Below are positions 35,901-49,499 of a stretch of 64,000 nt of DNA, piece by piece (position 1 is the first letter of the stretch; every line of letters starts with the position of its first letter). A program made the position numbers and the translations under genes. The notes beneath the pieces were generated by a model. It had not been told where the DNA came from. It did not search any database and saw only the letters and a program-made list of their open reading frames with translations. The stretch lies in NCBI GenBank assembly GCA_036172245.1, contig JAYWIR010000005.1, positions 4,092,001-4,156,000 on the forward strand. The letters are read 5' to 3'. Source of the DNA: Raillietiella orientalis (taxonomy: Eukaryota).

Positions 35901-38900
35901 TCGCAGCATCGTTGGTGGTTAGGTGGGGAAGGAATGGAGCCCCAGGGGAGAACAGGAGATCCCGGAGCGGAGACCAGAAGCCCTGGTTCTCCCGAGTCGG
36001 GAACAAGGGAAGCGGCACAGGCGTCCGTTCACCGTGGAAACGGCAGACGAGGGAGGGACAAAGAGCCCGCTTCCTCCTCCCTGGGGCGCGCGTCCGCTCT
36101 ACCCCTCCCTCCCTTCCCTTGGAGACGTCCTTCTCCCCGGGGCGTCGTCCCGGACGCCCCGGAAGGAGCAGAGGAAGAAGTTTGGGGAGAAGGCGCGCCG
36201 GATGCAGGGGACCGGAGGCTACCCTACACGTCTTCTGCCGTCTCCTTCCCTCCCGGAGGAGGAGGCATCCTGGGAGCTTCCAAGCCCTACAGCTAGGACG
36301 GGAGGACGCTCACAGGGGGTGCTGATCCGTGTGGGGAGCAGAACTCCTCGAGGATGCCAACGGTCCAGCGTCCTGCGCGAGGGATCAGACCAACTGCCAG
36401 GAGCGAAGGTGGCTTCTCAGAGCCGCTCCCGTCGACAGCGAACGAGAGCATTGCAGCAGCAGCAGCATCGCATCTTGTCTCTGAAGCCTTGGCCTCCCGG
36501 AGGCTGCTGCGGCGGAGGTTGCCGTCGCTGCCCTCTTGCTTTTGCCCGCGGGAACATCCCCCTCTCGTCAGTTAGGGATTTTCTCGTTCACTTCCATCAT
36601 CATTCCTTCCCTCCCTCCACCCAGCTGATCAACTCCTATCCGGTTACCATCCTCGACGTCCATTTCCGCTTTGTTCTTCCGCTTCCTGCTCGTCGGTGCG
36701 GCAGGAGCGAGCGCCCCCTCACTCCTTTCGACTACCGAAACGCACCGCCTCCCATGACGGACTCACGACACCCAGCGGCAGGCACGGCATCCTCGACCGG
36801 GAGGGAAAAGGCCGGAGGAGCAGCTTGGAATTTCCGGTCGCAGAGCGGCAGGGAGCGCTCCCACGACGTCACGATCGAAAGTAGGGCGGTCCTGCTCCGT
36901 ACTGGAAGCGGAGCAGGGAAGATGATGATCCAGCGAGGAGGGCGGGTACGCGTCGCGCGCTTCCAGGCAACGAGGACAGCGCCTGCTGGCGGCGACAGCC
37001 GCGAGACACGGGACTCTTGGGAAGGCAGACGGACGGTGGCGCTTGGGGAGATTTCGGAATAAGTCGCCGATTCCGAGCGAAGCGGCGCCCCGCGACCTCA
37101 GTGGCGACAGCTGCTTGGCCGGCAAGCCGCAGGCGAGTCCCTCCGTTGAGGGCATCGTTGGCTCGACGTGAACTCGCAAGGTAGGGAGGGGTGAGGAAAC
37201 TCCTGCCTCTGAGCAGGGACGGTTCTGCAGTCCATGGGATCCAAGAGCGATCGTCCAAGGCGGAGGAGTCCCTGCCTGGAATCCCCTCCAAGGATCAAAT
37301 GTCCTCTGGATAGGAAAAACGTTCCCGGAGAAGGAGTAGCGGAAAGCAGTGTCCGAAGAGGCGGAGGACGACGGAGACGCGAGTATCCACGGAAGGGCAC
37401 GTCGCTGAAGAATGAGCGTCCTTCTCTTACCTGCTTTTCCAGCCTCGCTTGCACCCCGCGGTGCTTCTGGGTTCCTTCCGCAGGAGGAAATCTCCATTGT
37501 TGTCTCCACATCGACTGACACCCGACACCTGGCAGATTTTCGAGTTTCACCTCAAAGGTCACAGTCTGTGACCTAGGCTCCTTGAGGAGGTCGAGGAACC
37601 CGCTGCATTACGCAGGGAAAGCTGCCGAGCGTCTCCGGGGATCCTCTGATAAGCCAGGAAGGAGAGCGCAGGGGGTGGACTGGGGGATTCCTGGATGCAA
37701 GCGGCCAGCTGTTTCCGTCTCCCTCGCTTCTTAGACTTCGGCACCCCCGTGAGGACCGTTGCGCCCTCGCAGGTCCTGTGCGGATGCCGGTGGACCTCCC
37801 TCGGTCCGCTTCGTTCCGGTCCAGTGACGACCACTTGCTCCTGTCTCAAGGCCAGTCGGGGCTTCCGGCTGTGCCTCCTCGATTTTCGCCTCGGTCCTCT
37901 GTTGGAGTCGACGCCTCCGTTCCTCTGGGAAGCCGTAGGGTGCTTCTCCTCGAACTCTCTTTCTCGGTAAGGCGTTCGCTGACCTCCCCCCAAAGATCTT
38001 CGCTCGTTTACTGTGCGGAGCACACCTTCCCGCCTCCTCTTCCTCCGGGTGGGGGGCTACTCTTTCGCACGTCCGCACGCTGTCGCTAGAGGAGACTCAG
38101 AGGAGAATGTTCTGGAAGCGGCTCCTGACCACTTCAAGGCCGACGCGCGGACTCCCAGAGATTCCTGCCTAGCAATCAGGAGGCGCCCGGTATGGAGTTG
38201 TCCTTGTAAGGGTATCCAGGAAGCCATGCGAAAGTCTTCCTTGAATCTGCATTCATAAATGATGTGTGCGTGGCGGGGGGGGGGGGTACAACCGATCACC
38301 AGAGGTTCTCCGCCGTCTTCGCCTACCTGGACTACCTCTCCGTTTCCATCTCCACGCTGCGGCCCCGCGAGCTTCTTTATCCCTGGTGGTGGTCCAATAC
38401 GTGCTTCCAGTATACCCTTCCTGGAGTAGTGTCTATTTGGATCGCACCCATCTCCCTCCCCTCCTACTGTCCATCGCTCAGGGATGCTCCATGTTCTCGT
38501 GACTTGGTTCGTTGGTGACCCATGACCCCAGGGATCCTGCAACGACCGCTCTGGAGGGTGCAGGTACTCCTTTCCTGGCAAAACGCCAGTCCCTTGTGCT
38601 TGCTACCCTTCGTCTGTCCCGCTTCCTCTAGTGTTTCTACAGAGGATGCTTGGGTTACCCAAGAGCTTTCTCCCCTGCTCTAAGGAGGAACCGAAGAGTC
38701 GGCTCCTGCAATCGTCGTCGGTCCACAGGACCCTGCGTTCCCTGTAAGAGCTGAAGATCTCATGAACGCACGACGAACCGTCTTTGTCTGGGAGAATGTA
38801 GACGGGGCGCGGGGCAAAGGAGACAGGATGCTCTCTTCTCCATATCCATCCTCCTCTCTTCTGTATCCGTATGATGTTGCGGCAAAATAACTTCTGCCCA

Positions 38901-39226
38901 CACCCACATCGGCTGATCCTTGAGGACGGCTCCTTCGTCGGGAGGATCCCCATCCGTGGGTCCAGTGGATGCTGTGTCCATGCCGGATGTTGGAGTCAGT
39001 CGTGAGACGCCTCCGCTACAAAACCTCGGGATCTCCAGCCCTCTCATCACCTCTTCATCTCTCCAAGCAGGACGGTGGTGTCGTCCTGCATCCCGTACAC
39101 CGGGTGCCACCCACCAATGAAGACTCCGTCTGGGACGCGCACCCCGTTCCTCCCCGCCGCGTAGGTGAAACCCCACAAGGAGACACGCCTCCGGCCCCGC
39201 TCGCGATCCCGAAATCCAACCGAATG

Positions 39227-39297
39227 GGGTCTGCGGCACAGTGGCTCCCATCCCCGTTGCCGAGAGGCTGGCGACGGGTTCGAATCCCGGCGGTGCC
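39227..39297 (+). mobile_element. tRNA-derived SINE head or tRNA pseudogene (possibly Gly-GCC-derived)
   Basis: 71 nt with A-box CGGCACAGTGG (39234-39244) and B-box GGGTTCGAATCCC (39276-39288). T-stem pairs 4/5 and acceptor stem 5/7; GCC sits at the approximate anticodon position. D and anticodon stems do not pair, so it is not a functional tRNA. Confidence 0.55.
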
Positions 39298-42200
39298 TAC
39301 TCGCCAAGCAGTTCCCTTGGCCTCGAAGCAGCAGCCCTGAGCCAACGACGGCGAGGAAGGTTGGTGGGATCAACGAAAGAGCGCAACTGAGTCCCTCCTT
39401 CCCCTGGACTTCCGCCACTGTTCACAGAAGCCGAGGGAGGCTCTAGGAGACGGTACCTCGGGTGGCGCCGAGACCCGAGCAGCGGAAAGGTCGGGGAGGT
39501 CCGTACCGCGACACCACGCCCAGGCAAAGTCCTCGCCCCAGCAGAGATGCCCATCCCAACTTCCTTTAATCTATGAGCATCCAGTCCACACACTGGATTG
39601 TGGAGTTGCGAAGTCACCCCCAAGAAGATGGCTGCGTTCGTCCCGCTCTTCCTTTCCCAATCCACCCCATCTGGAGTGGCGGTTTCTTCGAGAAACGGCC
39701 GAGCTGAAGAAGGTCACCGTCCCCTCGTCTCGAGCCTGAGTTTCCTCCACACGAAGTTTGAAGAGAGGAGGGTCGAAGTCGACGATGGGCTGAGAAAGCG
39801 TTCCTCAACCTTTGGGGGAGGCAACTATAGAAAGAAAGCAAGGGAAGGGGGCGGAAAGAAAAGGAAGAACGCAAGCAACCTTTCCAGGGGGCGCCCCGAA
39901 TCTGATGAAGGCAAGAACTCTGTTCCGCGGCACATAGGTGGGGACGTGGGCCGTGGTCGCCAGCGGCTAAGAAAGCGAGTGCGCCTCGCGCCCTCTATTG
40001 CTGTTTGCCATCGACTAGAGCTGTGCCGAACTCCAAGCTCCGAGGTCGTAGGAACCGTGCGTTATGTCCAGGTGGGACTGAATTCCAGAGGTCAGCACCG
40101 GGCACCTTTGAGGAAGAAGCGGGGGAAGATTTCGGAGGGACGCGAAGTAGACGGGAATCTCATCGCTCTGTAAAAGAACTTGACCTAGTTACCGGGTAAG
40201 CGGGTGTACGTTGTCCTGTGGGAGGTGCAAGTGGGAGAGTCTAGAGCTCGAATGGAGCAACAACGACCCGTGCTTGATGGGGATTGCAGACGCTCCTGTT
40301 CTTGCCCCTGGTGCCAGGAGATCCCTCGGAGCTGACTGCAAAAGGACCCAACCATCTCCCTGTTCCCTCCGCCATCTGCTTGCCTCCAAGGATGACTCCC
40401 AGCCCGCGATGGCGGGACTCTGGTTTCAGGAACCACGGTGACTTCATCACGCAAGGAGAACTGGATAGCATCTCTCGACGTCCCCCCCTCTCTCCCTCTC
40501 CCGTCTCTGCGAAAGTGCAAGCACCGGCCACTGAAGAGCAGCTTCATCCGGAAGAACTCTGGAGGCCACGACCGCATATGTGGTCGCGCGGGACACCGCA
40601 GGGCAGGGGAGAGAAGGAAACAGCGGGCGTCGTCGTTGTGGGCAGAGAGACCCCCGACGGCGACGCATCGATCCGATTCGCAGACCCGTCGCTCGGCGGC
40701 AACGAGACCTCAGCATTGGCTATCCGCAAGGACATCGCCGCTCGTCATCATCGAGAGGAAAAAAGGGGGTTCTTTGAGTGGAGATGGGGAAGGCAGCTGC
40801 CAGATGTTCGGAACCGAAAGGGCGCTTCTCCGCGGCCGAAATCACCAGCCCGTGCCGGCTGGCATCAGATGGGCCGGGATCGCCTCGCAACCTCTGACGG
40901 TCATCCAGCGGAACCAAGGCGCTTTTCCTCCCCTCGGCTCTCCTCCTCCCCTGCCAGCAGCAGATCTCCTTGGAAACCTGCGGACACGCCTTGAACTCCC
41001 CTTCTGAGGACATCGGCTCAACGAATGGACGAACGGAGCACCGTCCGTGAGCCTGAGAGCGCTCTGGTGGCGATGGAGTGATATGGGGATGCCAAGATGT
41101 GCTCAGCTTCAACAACAAACAACAACAAAATACAAGGAAAGGGGATCGTGGAGAAACGCTTCGCGAAGATGGGAGAGGCTGCCGGGATGCGTCGACTCGC
41201 TTCGTTCTCTTCCTTTCGACTCTCAGAGCGAGAAAAAGGGGCAAAAAAATAGGACTAGTGTCCAGGAACTGGGCTTCGGAGATGATGCTGATGAAGAGAA
41301 GGATGAGGGGGGAAAGAGCATCGCATTAAGAGTGCCCCGGGAACAACTAAAGCGAGGTAGAAGGCGCGCGCGATCTAAACATAGATCGATAGAGAGCGGG
41401 GAGAGGAGGAGGGAGGCGGGAATAACCACCCGGCATCCGGATGGACTCCACTCGCTCTTGCAGAGGGAAGCCGCCGGCAGCTGGCAAGACAGTTGCGATT
41501 TGTCGCCGGCAAATGGACCAAGAGGGAGCTGTCTGTGACGAGCGGCAAACGCTGAGCGACTTCTGACTGGACGCGCGTCTCCTGGTCTGTAGCAACGGAC
41601 AGGCTCGCTTCCTCTTCCTCGGGAAGCAGGGAGGAAAAATCGGGAGAGCATTTTCAAGCAAGGACAGGGAAATTCCTCTTCTTCCACTCCCCCCTCCTCC
41701 TCCTCTCCTCTCTGTTCCTCGTTCCTAAAGGGAGGAAAGGAAAAAAAAAAATGGAGCCCAAATAAGAAGTGGGGAGAGATGAGTGAAGTTCCCGCAGCTC
41801 CCGAATCCTAAGGCGGAGGGCGGGTCATTCCCAACTTCTGTTTATCGTCGTGTGCGCGCACGCACGCGCGCGGGCGGCTGGAAAAGAGGGAAGCGGCAGC
41901 AAGGCGTCGAGGGTGGGCAAGTAGACACTGCGAACCGAAAGCGCGCGCACCTGAGGGCGGAGGAGGAGGGGGAGGGGGGACGAGCTGGAGCCGCCGAGGC
42001 TTCCCTGACGAACGTCCCCCTCTTCCCCCTGCTCCTCGGACTGAGGACGGCCGCCATCTCCGGAGTTGCCTCTCGGGAGCGAAACTGAAACGATCCTTGG
42101 CGCAGGTCTTCCTCCTCCAGTCCCTCCTCGTTTGGTTGCCGAGGAAGAGGGGGGCGCGTCCCGTCCAGTCGCGGATGGTCGTCGAGGCCGCTCTTCGGAC

Positions 42201-45200
42201 GCGCTGCATGAAACCGCCGCAGGGCGGCTTCCACCACCGGGTACTCGCCGGGGCGGGAAGCCCGGGTCGCCGTGAACGCGCGGTGCGTTCAGGAAGGCCG
42301 ACGCAACGCGGCTGGTGACATCTACCGGCGCTGCGCTCAACCTTCCGCCTTGCTTCCTTGCCTCCTGCACGCGGCCTTCGGCGAGGCCTGCCGCCGCCGC
42401 GTTCCCCAGCGTGCCTCCCATGTGTTCCGGTGTTTGCTGACGCGCGCGTAGTAGAATATTCATTGCAGTCGAAGCACCCAGCAGGGACGAGTAGAATAGG
42501 GAGCTCCGCCCGGAGCGTGGAGGTGACGGAGCGTGCAAGCTTTTTTTTTTTTTTTTTACTCGTGTGCGTGCGCGCGAGGAGCCTTGGAGTTCGCGCGAAG
42601 GCTCGAGCGAGGCGGCGGAAGTCGTGTTTGCGTTTAGGAGGCGCTTCCTGCCGGCTGCCCCTGGGAGGCCAGGCGGAAGAGTTTTCCGCGCTCTCGGAGA
42701 TGCGCGGCGCGGCGAGACACCTGAGATCCGCGGTCGCGGGGATGTGGCTCTTCCCGAATCCTCCCTCCCGGCCCGATTCTGGTTCCCGGAACGTCGAAGC
42801 GAAAAAAGGGGGGAAGGGGGAAAAAAAAACAATGGCGGCCCTCCCCGTTCGGAGCGATTTCCGGGATTGTTTTCCGGCGCGGAGGAGTCGCCCGGGAAGG
42901 AGGGATCTCTGGCTCATCCTGCAGCCAAGACGACACCGACGCCTCCGGGGTGCTGCTTCGCGAGCGCGAAAAAGGAGGGGCGGCCCAGCTGCCTCTGCGC
43001 CAACGCGCCATACGTTTCTCTTGCCTGGTGGTGGCTATGGTTCCGTTCTGCTTCCTCCCTGAGGTTTTCCAGCCTCTCCAGGAAGTGGACGGCCTGAGGG
43101 CTTCTTTCGCTGCCCCGCCCTAGCCGCCAGCTGGATGCTGATCCCTCATCTCCTCCTCGCTCTGGCTGGAATTCCGGTTCTCGGATTCGGCCACAGCAGC
43201 TGGTCTTCCGCTCCCTGCGTCCCGCACATCCCTCCGCGGGAACCTCGGCCCAGGGAGCGGCCTCTCAGGTTCCTCGAGGACGGAGGGGACGCCGGCAGAA
43301 GCCGCGTCTTGGGTTTCTCGTGCCGCCGTCTTGCCCTTCCGGCTGGCTGCCTGGGAAGCACTTGCCCCATTGATCACAGGCTCTCCTGAAGACCAGCAGG
43401 CACCACCCTCTGCATTCTGTTTACAGACCCCTCGACCTCGAAGACTTCCCTTCGGACAGCGGCGGGATAAGATCCTTGGGTTTCCTCCCATCTTCGACTG
43501 CGGCCTATACGCGTGGGGCCACTCCGGGACGTCTCCCTGATCCGCTCTTCCTTCAGCGGGTCGGTAGGTGGCGCTCCTGAGTTTGCTTCTCTTCCCGAGG
43601 GAGGCTGCCCTCACTGCGCCCGTGGGAATGAGTTGCTTCTTCCTTGACCTCTTCCTCGAAGGGCCAGCCTGCGATGCACTTCGTGTTGGCCTTGAGGGCC
43701 GAGCTCTGGGCTTCCTTCCTCATTGGAGACTGCCGGGAATCCGATCTCCCCCCTCAGTCCGTGCATCTCGGCTCCTTTCCTGAGTCGGTCGGTCGCCTAG
43801 CAAATTGGATGCCCGTTGAGCGCTGAAGCTTCCCGGGATCCTCGAGGCCCAGCAGCAGCTGCAATCCAGAGGACGCCAGGGACCCTGGGTTTCCTGAGGG
43901 ACGAACGGGAAGAAGGAAGCCGCTCGGAAGCAGGAAATTGAGAGGGAGCGCGGCTGCGGGACGGAATGGGAGAGGGAGGACTTTTCACAGCCGGCTCGGG
44001 GAACCGATGCTGCTGCGAAAACCGATGCTGGCCGGGGGACCCGCAGGGGGCTCACCATGAGCCCCCTGCGCTCGGCACCACTGCGAGCAGGCGAGGACGC
44101 AGGCGGGGGAGATTCGAGTGGACTTCTCCCCCTCCAGCGTTCCGAGGAAGACACGCTCCACACCCCGCGGGAAACCTCCCAGGGCCGCCACCTGCCCTCT
44201 CTGCGGGCAGCCGGCAGATCCCTCGCGGGCTAACCGCGAATTCGCGCGGCCTGCCTCCGGGCGAGAGAGGTGGCGGCGCCGCTGCCGCTCTCACGAACGC
44301 GCAGTGGAGAGAGCGGAAAGAGGGGGCGGTCGGAGAGCTAGGGAAGGGAAAGATGACTCCCCCCCCCTCCATCCCCGGTATTCGAACGAGCTGCCCCGGA
44401 GGCGGCTCGGACGCTCTTGAGGGCCTCTACTGGGCCGCTTCCGAAATCCGACGACGGCCAGCGCGGAGTCGCTTCCGTCGCCCCGACCGCCGCCGCTCTT
44501 TCCAGGTGGATTACTGCGAACCGGAAGCCAGATGGTGGGTTCGGGGAGTGGAGAGGAGCCCCCGTTGCTAAGGAGTTGCTAAGAATAGAGCCACGACCGC
44601 GCGCCGCATTATTAAATGTCACTCGGGCTGCGCCTAAATGTTGCGTATCCAGAAAAAGGAGTGCGGCTGCAGCAAATGAAGCACCGGAAAAAAAAAAAAA
44701 AAAACGCGTGAAAAAAAGAAAAAGAAAAAAAAAGAAGCTGAGAGCTACCTCGGACGGGTCTAAAAATAGACGCGAGGATTTTGAGATTTCTCCGCGGGAC
44801 ACGGGAGTTTCTGCGACGCGTGCGCGAACTCGAAGGGAGGAGGCGCCGCTGCCGCGGACCGCTCTGGACCCAGCCGGTCTGCAGCCGGGGGCTCCGAGTC
44901 GCCAGCGAGGCCGCCACCACCTTACGAGCGGGAGGGCAGCCTTCGCAAAGCTACAGGTTCTTCCCCCTGACCTGGAACGTGCCACCTCGGAAACGGTCGC
45001 GCCCATTCCCTCCCCCGAAAGGAAAAAAACGTGCGCCGGGTGAAGTCCGAGGTGACCATGAAGGCTCGCGTTGTACGAGGCGCTTCCGCATCCTCCTCCT
45101 CGTGCGGTCCGAGGAAGCACCCGCCTTCGCGAGATTTGATGCGCGGCGGCCGCAGTTTCCCGCGCAGGCGCGGGGCGGTCACCCGGAGAGAATGCATGGG

Positions 45201-48200
45201 TACGCCAGGAGGAAGGGAGGAGAGGGAGGGGAGAGGAGGGGGAAGAAGGGAAGAAAAGGAGGAAGACACAAGAGAGAAGGAGGAAGAAGAGGGAGGTAGG
45301 GAGGGAGGAGAAAAGGGGGAGAGGGTGGAGGAAGGTGACCAGCGATGGCACACTCATCTGCGCTGGCTGCCCTGCCGTGTGTGGTCCCATGCGGTCCTCG
45401 GCTTCGGCTCCTCGTGTGTTAAGTGGCCCACCCCCCAGAATGTGTTCGCCCCTCCTGTCGGGTCTCTCCGGTGGTGACCCGAACGATATAAGGGCCGAGA
45501 TCACGCGCTCGGCAGCCTCGCTTCCCCGACACGCTCCTCCGGGACCGGCGCTTCGGCTTCACCCGCTTTGCGGGTCGTCCGCGTCTCCCAGGCGGACGGC
45601 CCGAGGTGGCGCCCGTCTCCCGAGGGACGGAGGGGAGCAGGAGGAGACCGCGCGCGCCCTCCCTTCGCGTCCCTTCGGAGGGAAGCAGAGAGGGGATCGC
45701 GCTCGAGCGATCGGGAAGCCTCGCCCCCATCTATCCTGAGATCTGCACCCATCATCAGATCGTCGCGCGGTCCAGCGCGAAAGCTCCTTTATCAGCCGGA
45801 GGGAGGAGGAAATCCGCGGAGTGCAAAAATCATCGTTCCCGTGCGGCTTCCATTTCGACGCTGGAGACGGATGGCTCTGCGAGGGGAGCGCTTTCGGGAG
45901 CGGGAGAGAATGACGCCGCTGCCTCTGGACCCTGTGGGTGGCTGCGCCGGTACGCGCGCCTGCCGCGCGCTTCGCGGATCCGCCGCGAAGGAGGGCGAAT
46001 GGGGCGACTCTTGCTCGCGGGGTGCAGACGGGGTCGCAGTCCCTTCTTTATCCTCTTTCCCCACCCCCTTCCCTTCTCCGAGCCTCTGCCGGACGGCTCT
46101 GGGGACGCCCGCGCTCCAAGATCCGGTAGAGTCCTCCCCGCCGCTCCGCTGGAGTGCACGCGCGCGGATGGATGCAGGCCTCCCGGTTCGGAAAGCATCC
46201 CAAGCTCCTGGAAGAGCCTGCGAAGGACTCTACCGCTTTTCCGAGAGTCCCCGCAGGTAGTACGCGAGCGGGAGCGGCTCGGGGCGGTTGCCCGGATACC
46301 GCTTCTGCTCCTTGCGACTGCGGACTAGGCAGGCGAGGCGCCCTCCATTCAACGGCGCCTTTCCAAATCGGGAGAAGCGGCGGGAAGAGCCAGTTCTCTC
46401 TCCCGGTTCCCGCGACTTACGGGGGCGGATCCCTCGCTCGCTCCAGGAGCTCGGTGGATGCACCCGCGTTTCTTCGCGCGGTTGCCCTCTCACCGAGGTC
46501 CAGAGGAAGAGGCCGTGAGGGAGACGCGCTCGCTCTTGAGGATGCTGGGAAGAGTATCCCGCCACGTAGGAGACCACTGGGGTGCGGTCCCGCCGAGTAA
46601 GGGGACGCCGAAAAAAGTGCGGGAAGCTGTAGGGAGAATGGTTGCCAACGGCGACGCCAACTTGGGAATGGGCCGTGACGAGAGGAGTAGCGCGCAGACT
46701 GCGTGCCCTTGGAGGGGGTAGGTCAGCGAATGCCCCGCAAAAGCGAAGAGAAAGACATCCCTCGTGGTAATTCGGTGTCAAAGAGAGAGTGACGCCCAAG
46801 GCCAAGCGTGAGCCGGCTCACCGCTGTGGATCCCTGTGGTCATCGAGAACACGGTCAGCCAGGGGCGATCGTGGCTCACATCATGGAGGCGGGTGCGATC
46901 TGAAACGCGTCTTGCTTTGCTTGGGGATCAAGCGAGGTGCGTCTGCAGCAGAGGTCACGTGAGGGGAATCCTGGATGGTCCAGAGGATCCGCGTGATGGC
47001 GCCTAGCAGGAGCTGGAGAACCGACCTGACCAGGGAACGAGGAGGTCACGAGGCTCCCGCCGGGAGCGGCGACCGACTCCTGGCCGGGAGTGCCTTCTTT
47101 CCTCAAAGAGCTGGTGGCACCTGAAGTACGGGAAGCCTCTTTGAGCGACAGAGCTATTTGACCCCTCGAACTCGGCCACCTTCGCCTCCAGGATCCGCAT
47201 TGCGGTGCCGGCGGATCGGTTAAGAGCCAAGGGCGAGACCGCGGCAGTGGAAAGGGTGGGGCGCCTTCCAGGAAGGGGAGAGAGAGATTTCCCTCGCGGG
47301 ATCAAGGTGCCCGCTCTTCTGAGCGGCGAGGGGAGCGGGATCGGAGAGCGCTCCAGGCGGAGAGAGGCTGTCCGCTGCCTCTGAGGCGGAAGTGCCGGAC
47401 CAAGCGGCCAGCGATCGATGGCTACGAGGGAGGAGGATTGCGGACAAACGAGCAAGGAAAGGAAGCGGAGAGGATAGAGGAGGGGGGGGGGGAAGTGAGC
47501 GAACGAAGAGGAGGAGGGACGTGGACGCATGGGGTGGCGACTCTGAGGTGAGGGAGAACTCCGAGGCGCATTCCGAGAGGTGATCCCCGCGGGACGGCGA
47601 CACGACACGACGAGGTAGGAAAGGCGCCTCTTGCAGAAGGAGACTGCGTGCTGGAAGTTCTGGACCAGGAGACGCACGTGCGTCGGGAGCGTCCACCCTC
47701 CCGGAGGAGGGCAGAGAGAAGCGGCGTGTGCCGGGAACGCCGCAGGGCCCCATTCTTGCAGGTGCGAGAAGAGGGGGAGCAAGAGAGAAGCTTCCGGGAG
47801 CGAGAGGTGAGGTCGGCGCCCGGTCCCAAGCAGGCTTTGGAAACGTGCGCTGCTCGCGGGGAAGGAGGAGGGGAGGGAACGCCAAGAGCAGGAGAGAGGA
47901 AAGCTGCTTTTATTGCTGAACACCGTCGGGCCTCCACGTTCCTGTCGGATGAAGGGGGAGGACGATCCAGCACCGGTCGGAGCAGCGGGAGGAGAAAGAG
48001 GTGATGCGGAGCCGGCAGGAAGCACCGCCCTCCCCCTCGGATACTTTCCTGACTCCCTCTGGATGGAAGGATCAGGGAAAATTCCAGAAACTGGGGTGGT
48101 GAGGGAGAAGTCGCCGTGCTCCCGGAGGACCTGTCGAAGGAGTCCCTCGGCCGAGGAGAAAAGCGCGTGTGCCGCTTCGTGGAACGCGGGCTCCCCCTGG

Positions 48201-49499
48201 AACTGGCCGGAGGAGTCGCTTCGCTTGTGGGAGGAGGAGAGGAAGGAGAGAGCTCGTCCGAGCGCCGTTTCCAGGCAATGCCTCTGCAAAGTCCTCGGGG
48301 AAGAGCGAATCGGGGTCGAGGGTGTGACCGTGAGGCGCGTCGGCGCCCGGATTCTGCGCCGACGCGCGCTTGGAACTCTCCAGCCGGAGGGCTTTCTGAC
48401 TCCCTTGAGGGGAAGAATTGACGGAGGGAGGCGGAGGGGAAAGAGGTCCCATGCTCGTCTGCAGACCTCGGCGGCGGCAGCAGCGGGTCTGCTGCCTCAG
48501 ATCATGGAGGTCGGCGGGAGTGAGCCAGGTGGGGTGGAGCGCCCCTGAGGGGTCGTCCGGGAGAAACGTCCATGAGGTGAGGCAGGGACGCGCCAGCTGG
48601 AGACGTTAGGTGACCGGACCACACCCAAGCGTGGCGAGCGCGTGCGCAGGGAGGAATGGCAGGGTTGCCCCATGTGTGCCTGAGCCTGTGCGATGAAGGG
48701 AAGGGAGGGGGGAGATACCACACTGGTATCTCCCGCTGGACGGCGCACGCCTACGCGGAGGGAGTCTGCTCTCCTCCTCATCTGCACCGCAGCCGAGAAG
48801 ATCCTGTGGATATCCGAGAGAAAGACTTTCCTAGAACGCGCGAATTTTATGGGATGTGAAGATAAAAGGCAGGGACGCTGGAGAGTGTGAGATGGCGCAT
48901 GATGCCGATAAGGGGGAAGGGTCCTCAGGTTGCGGAGTGCGATCCGGGGTTACCCTGCATTCCCGCCACGCCGCGAGTGACCGCTGAGGGAGTGTCGACG
49001 GCTCGAGAGCGACGAGGAGAAGCGAAGAGGGAGCGCCGGGCAGGGTGGGAGATACGATCCCTGGGGAAAGGGGGCATAACTCGTCCTCAGGACGTCAAGA
49101 AGGCGCGAGGGCTCGTCTTGAGGGGATACGTCGTCGTGTCCTGGATCGCGAGAGGTCTGCCGGTCCTCCCGAGAGGAGACGCGGGCGCTCCAGAGCTCCC
49201 GGAGGTGGAGGAGTTGGCGCCGGAAGCGCTGGGGGGCGAAGCCGCACCGCGCAGAGATGCAGCGTTCTTTCCACGCGAGGATCCCGGAGGGCGTTGAACG
49301 GCCGGGCTCTGCAGCGCACCACAGTGGGTGGACGGGTGGAACCGGGTTCCTGTCGAACAAGGAAAGCGGGAAGGGTGGGACCATCGCGGGAAGGATCTCA
49401 AAGACAGGAAGATCGTCCTGAAAGGCCTCCACTTCTTCGCCTTCTTCTTCTCTTCTGGCCTCGTAGTGAAATTCTATATCTTTGGGGAGTTCTGATCGT

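Noticed and set aside
37431..37528. Minus-strand exon-like segment encoding NNGDFLLRK, reminiscent of the SH2 GxFLVR motif
   Set aside because: The flanking residues lack the rest of an SH2 domain and I found no partner exons.
37556..37574. AGGTCA-n7-TGACCT perfect palindrome as an ecdysone response element
   Set aside because: The canonical element has a 1-nt spacer; this is a single isolated occurrence.
38264..38518. AVFAYLDYL as a reverse-transcriptase YxDD motif
   Set aside because: The second Asp is missing and no other RT motifs are nearby.
45970..46005. Hairpin followed by GGCGAATGGGG, resembling the 3' end of an HDV-like ribozyme
   Set aside because: There is no upstream complement for P2 and no P1/P3 pseudoknot elements.
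48710..48734. Perfect 11-bp hairpin GGGAGATACCA-CAC-TGGTATCTCCC as a Helitron 3' end or terminator
   Set aside because: No CTRR terminus at the expected distance on either side, and intrinsic terminators are not relevant in this genome.
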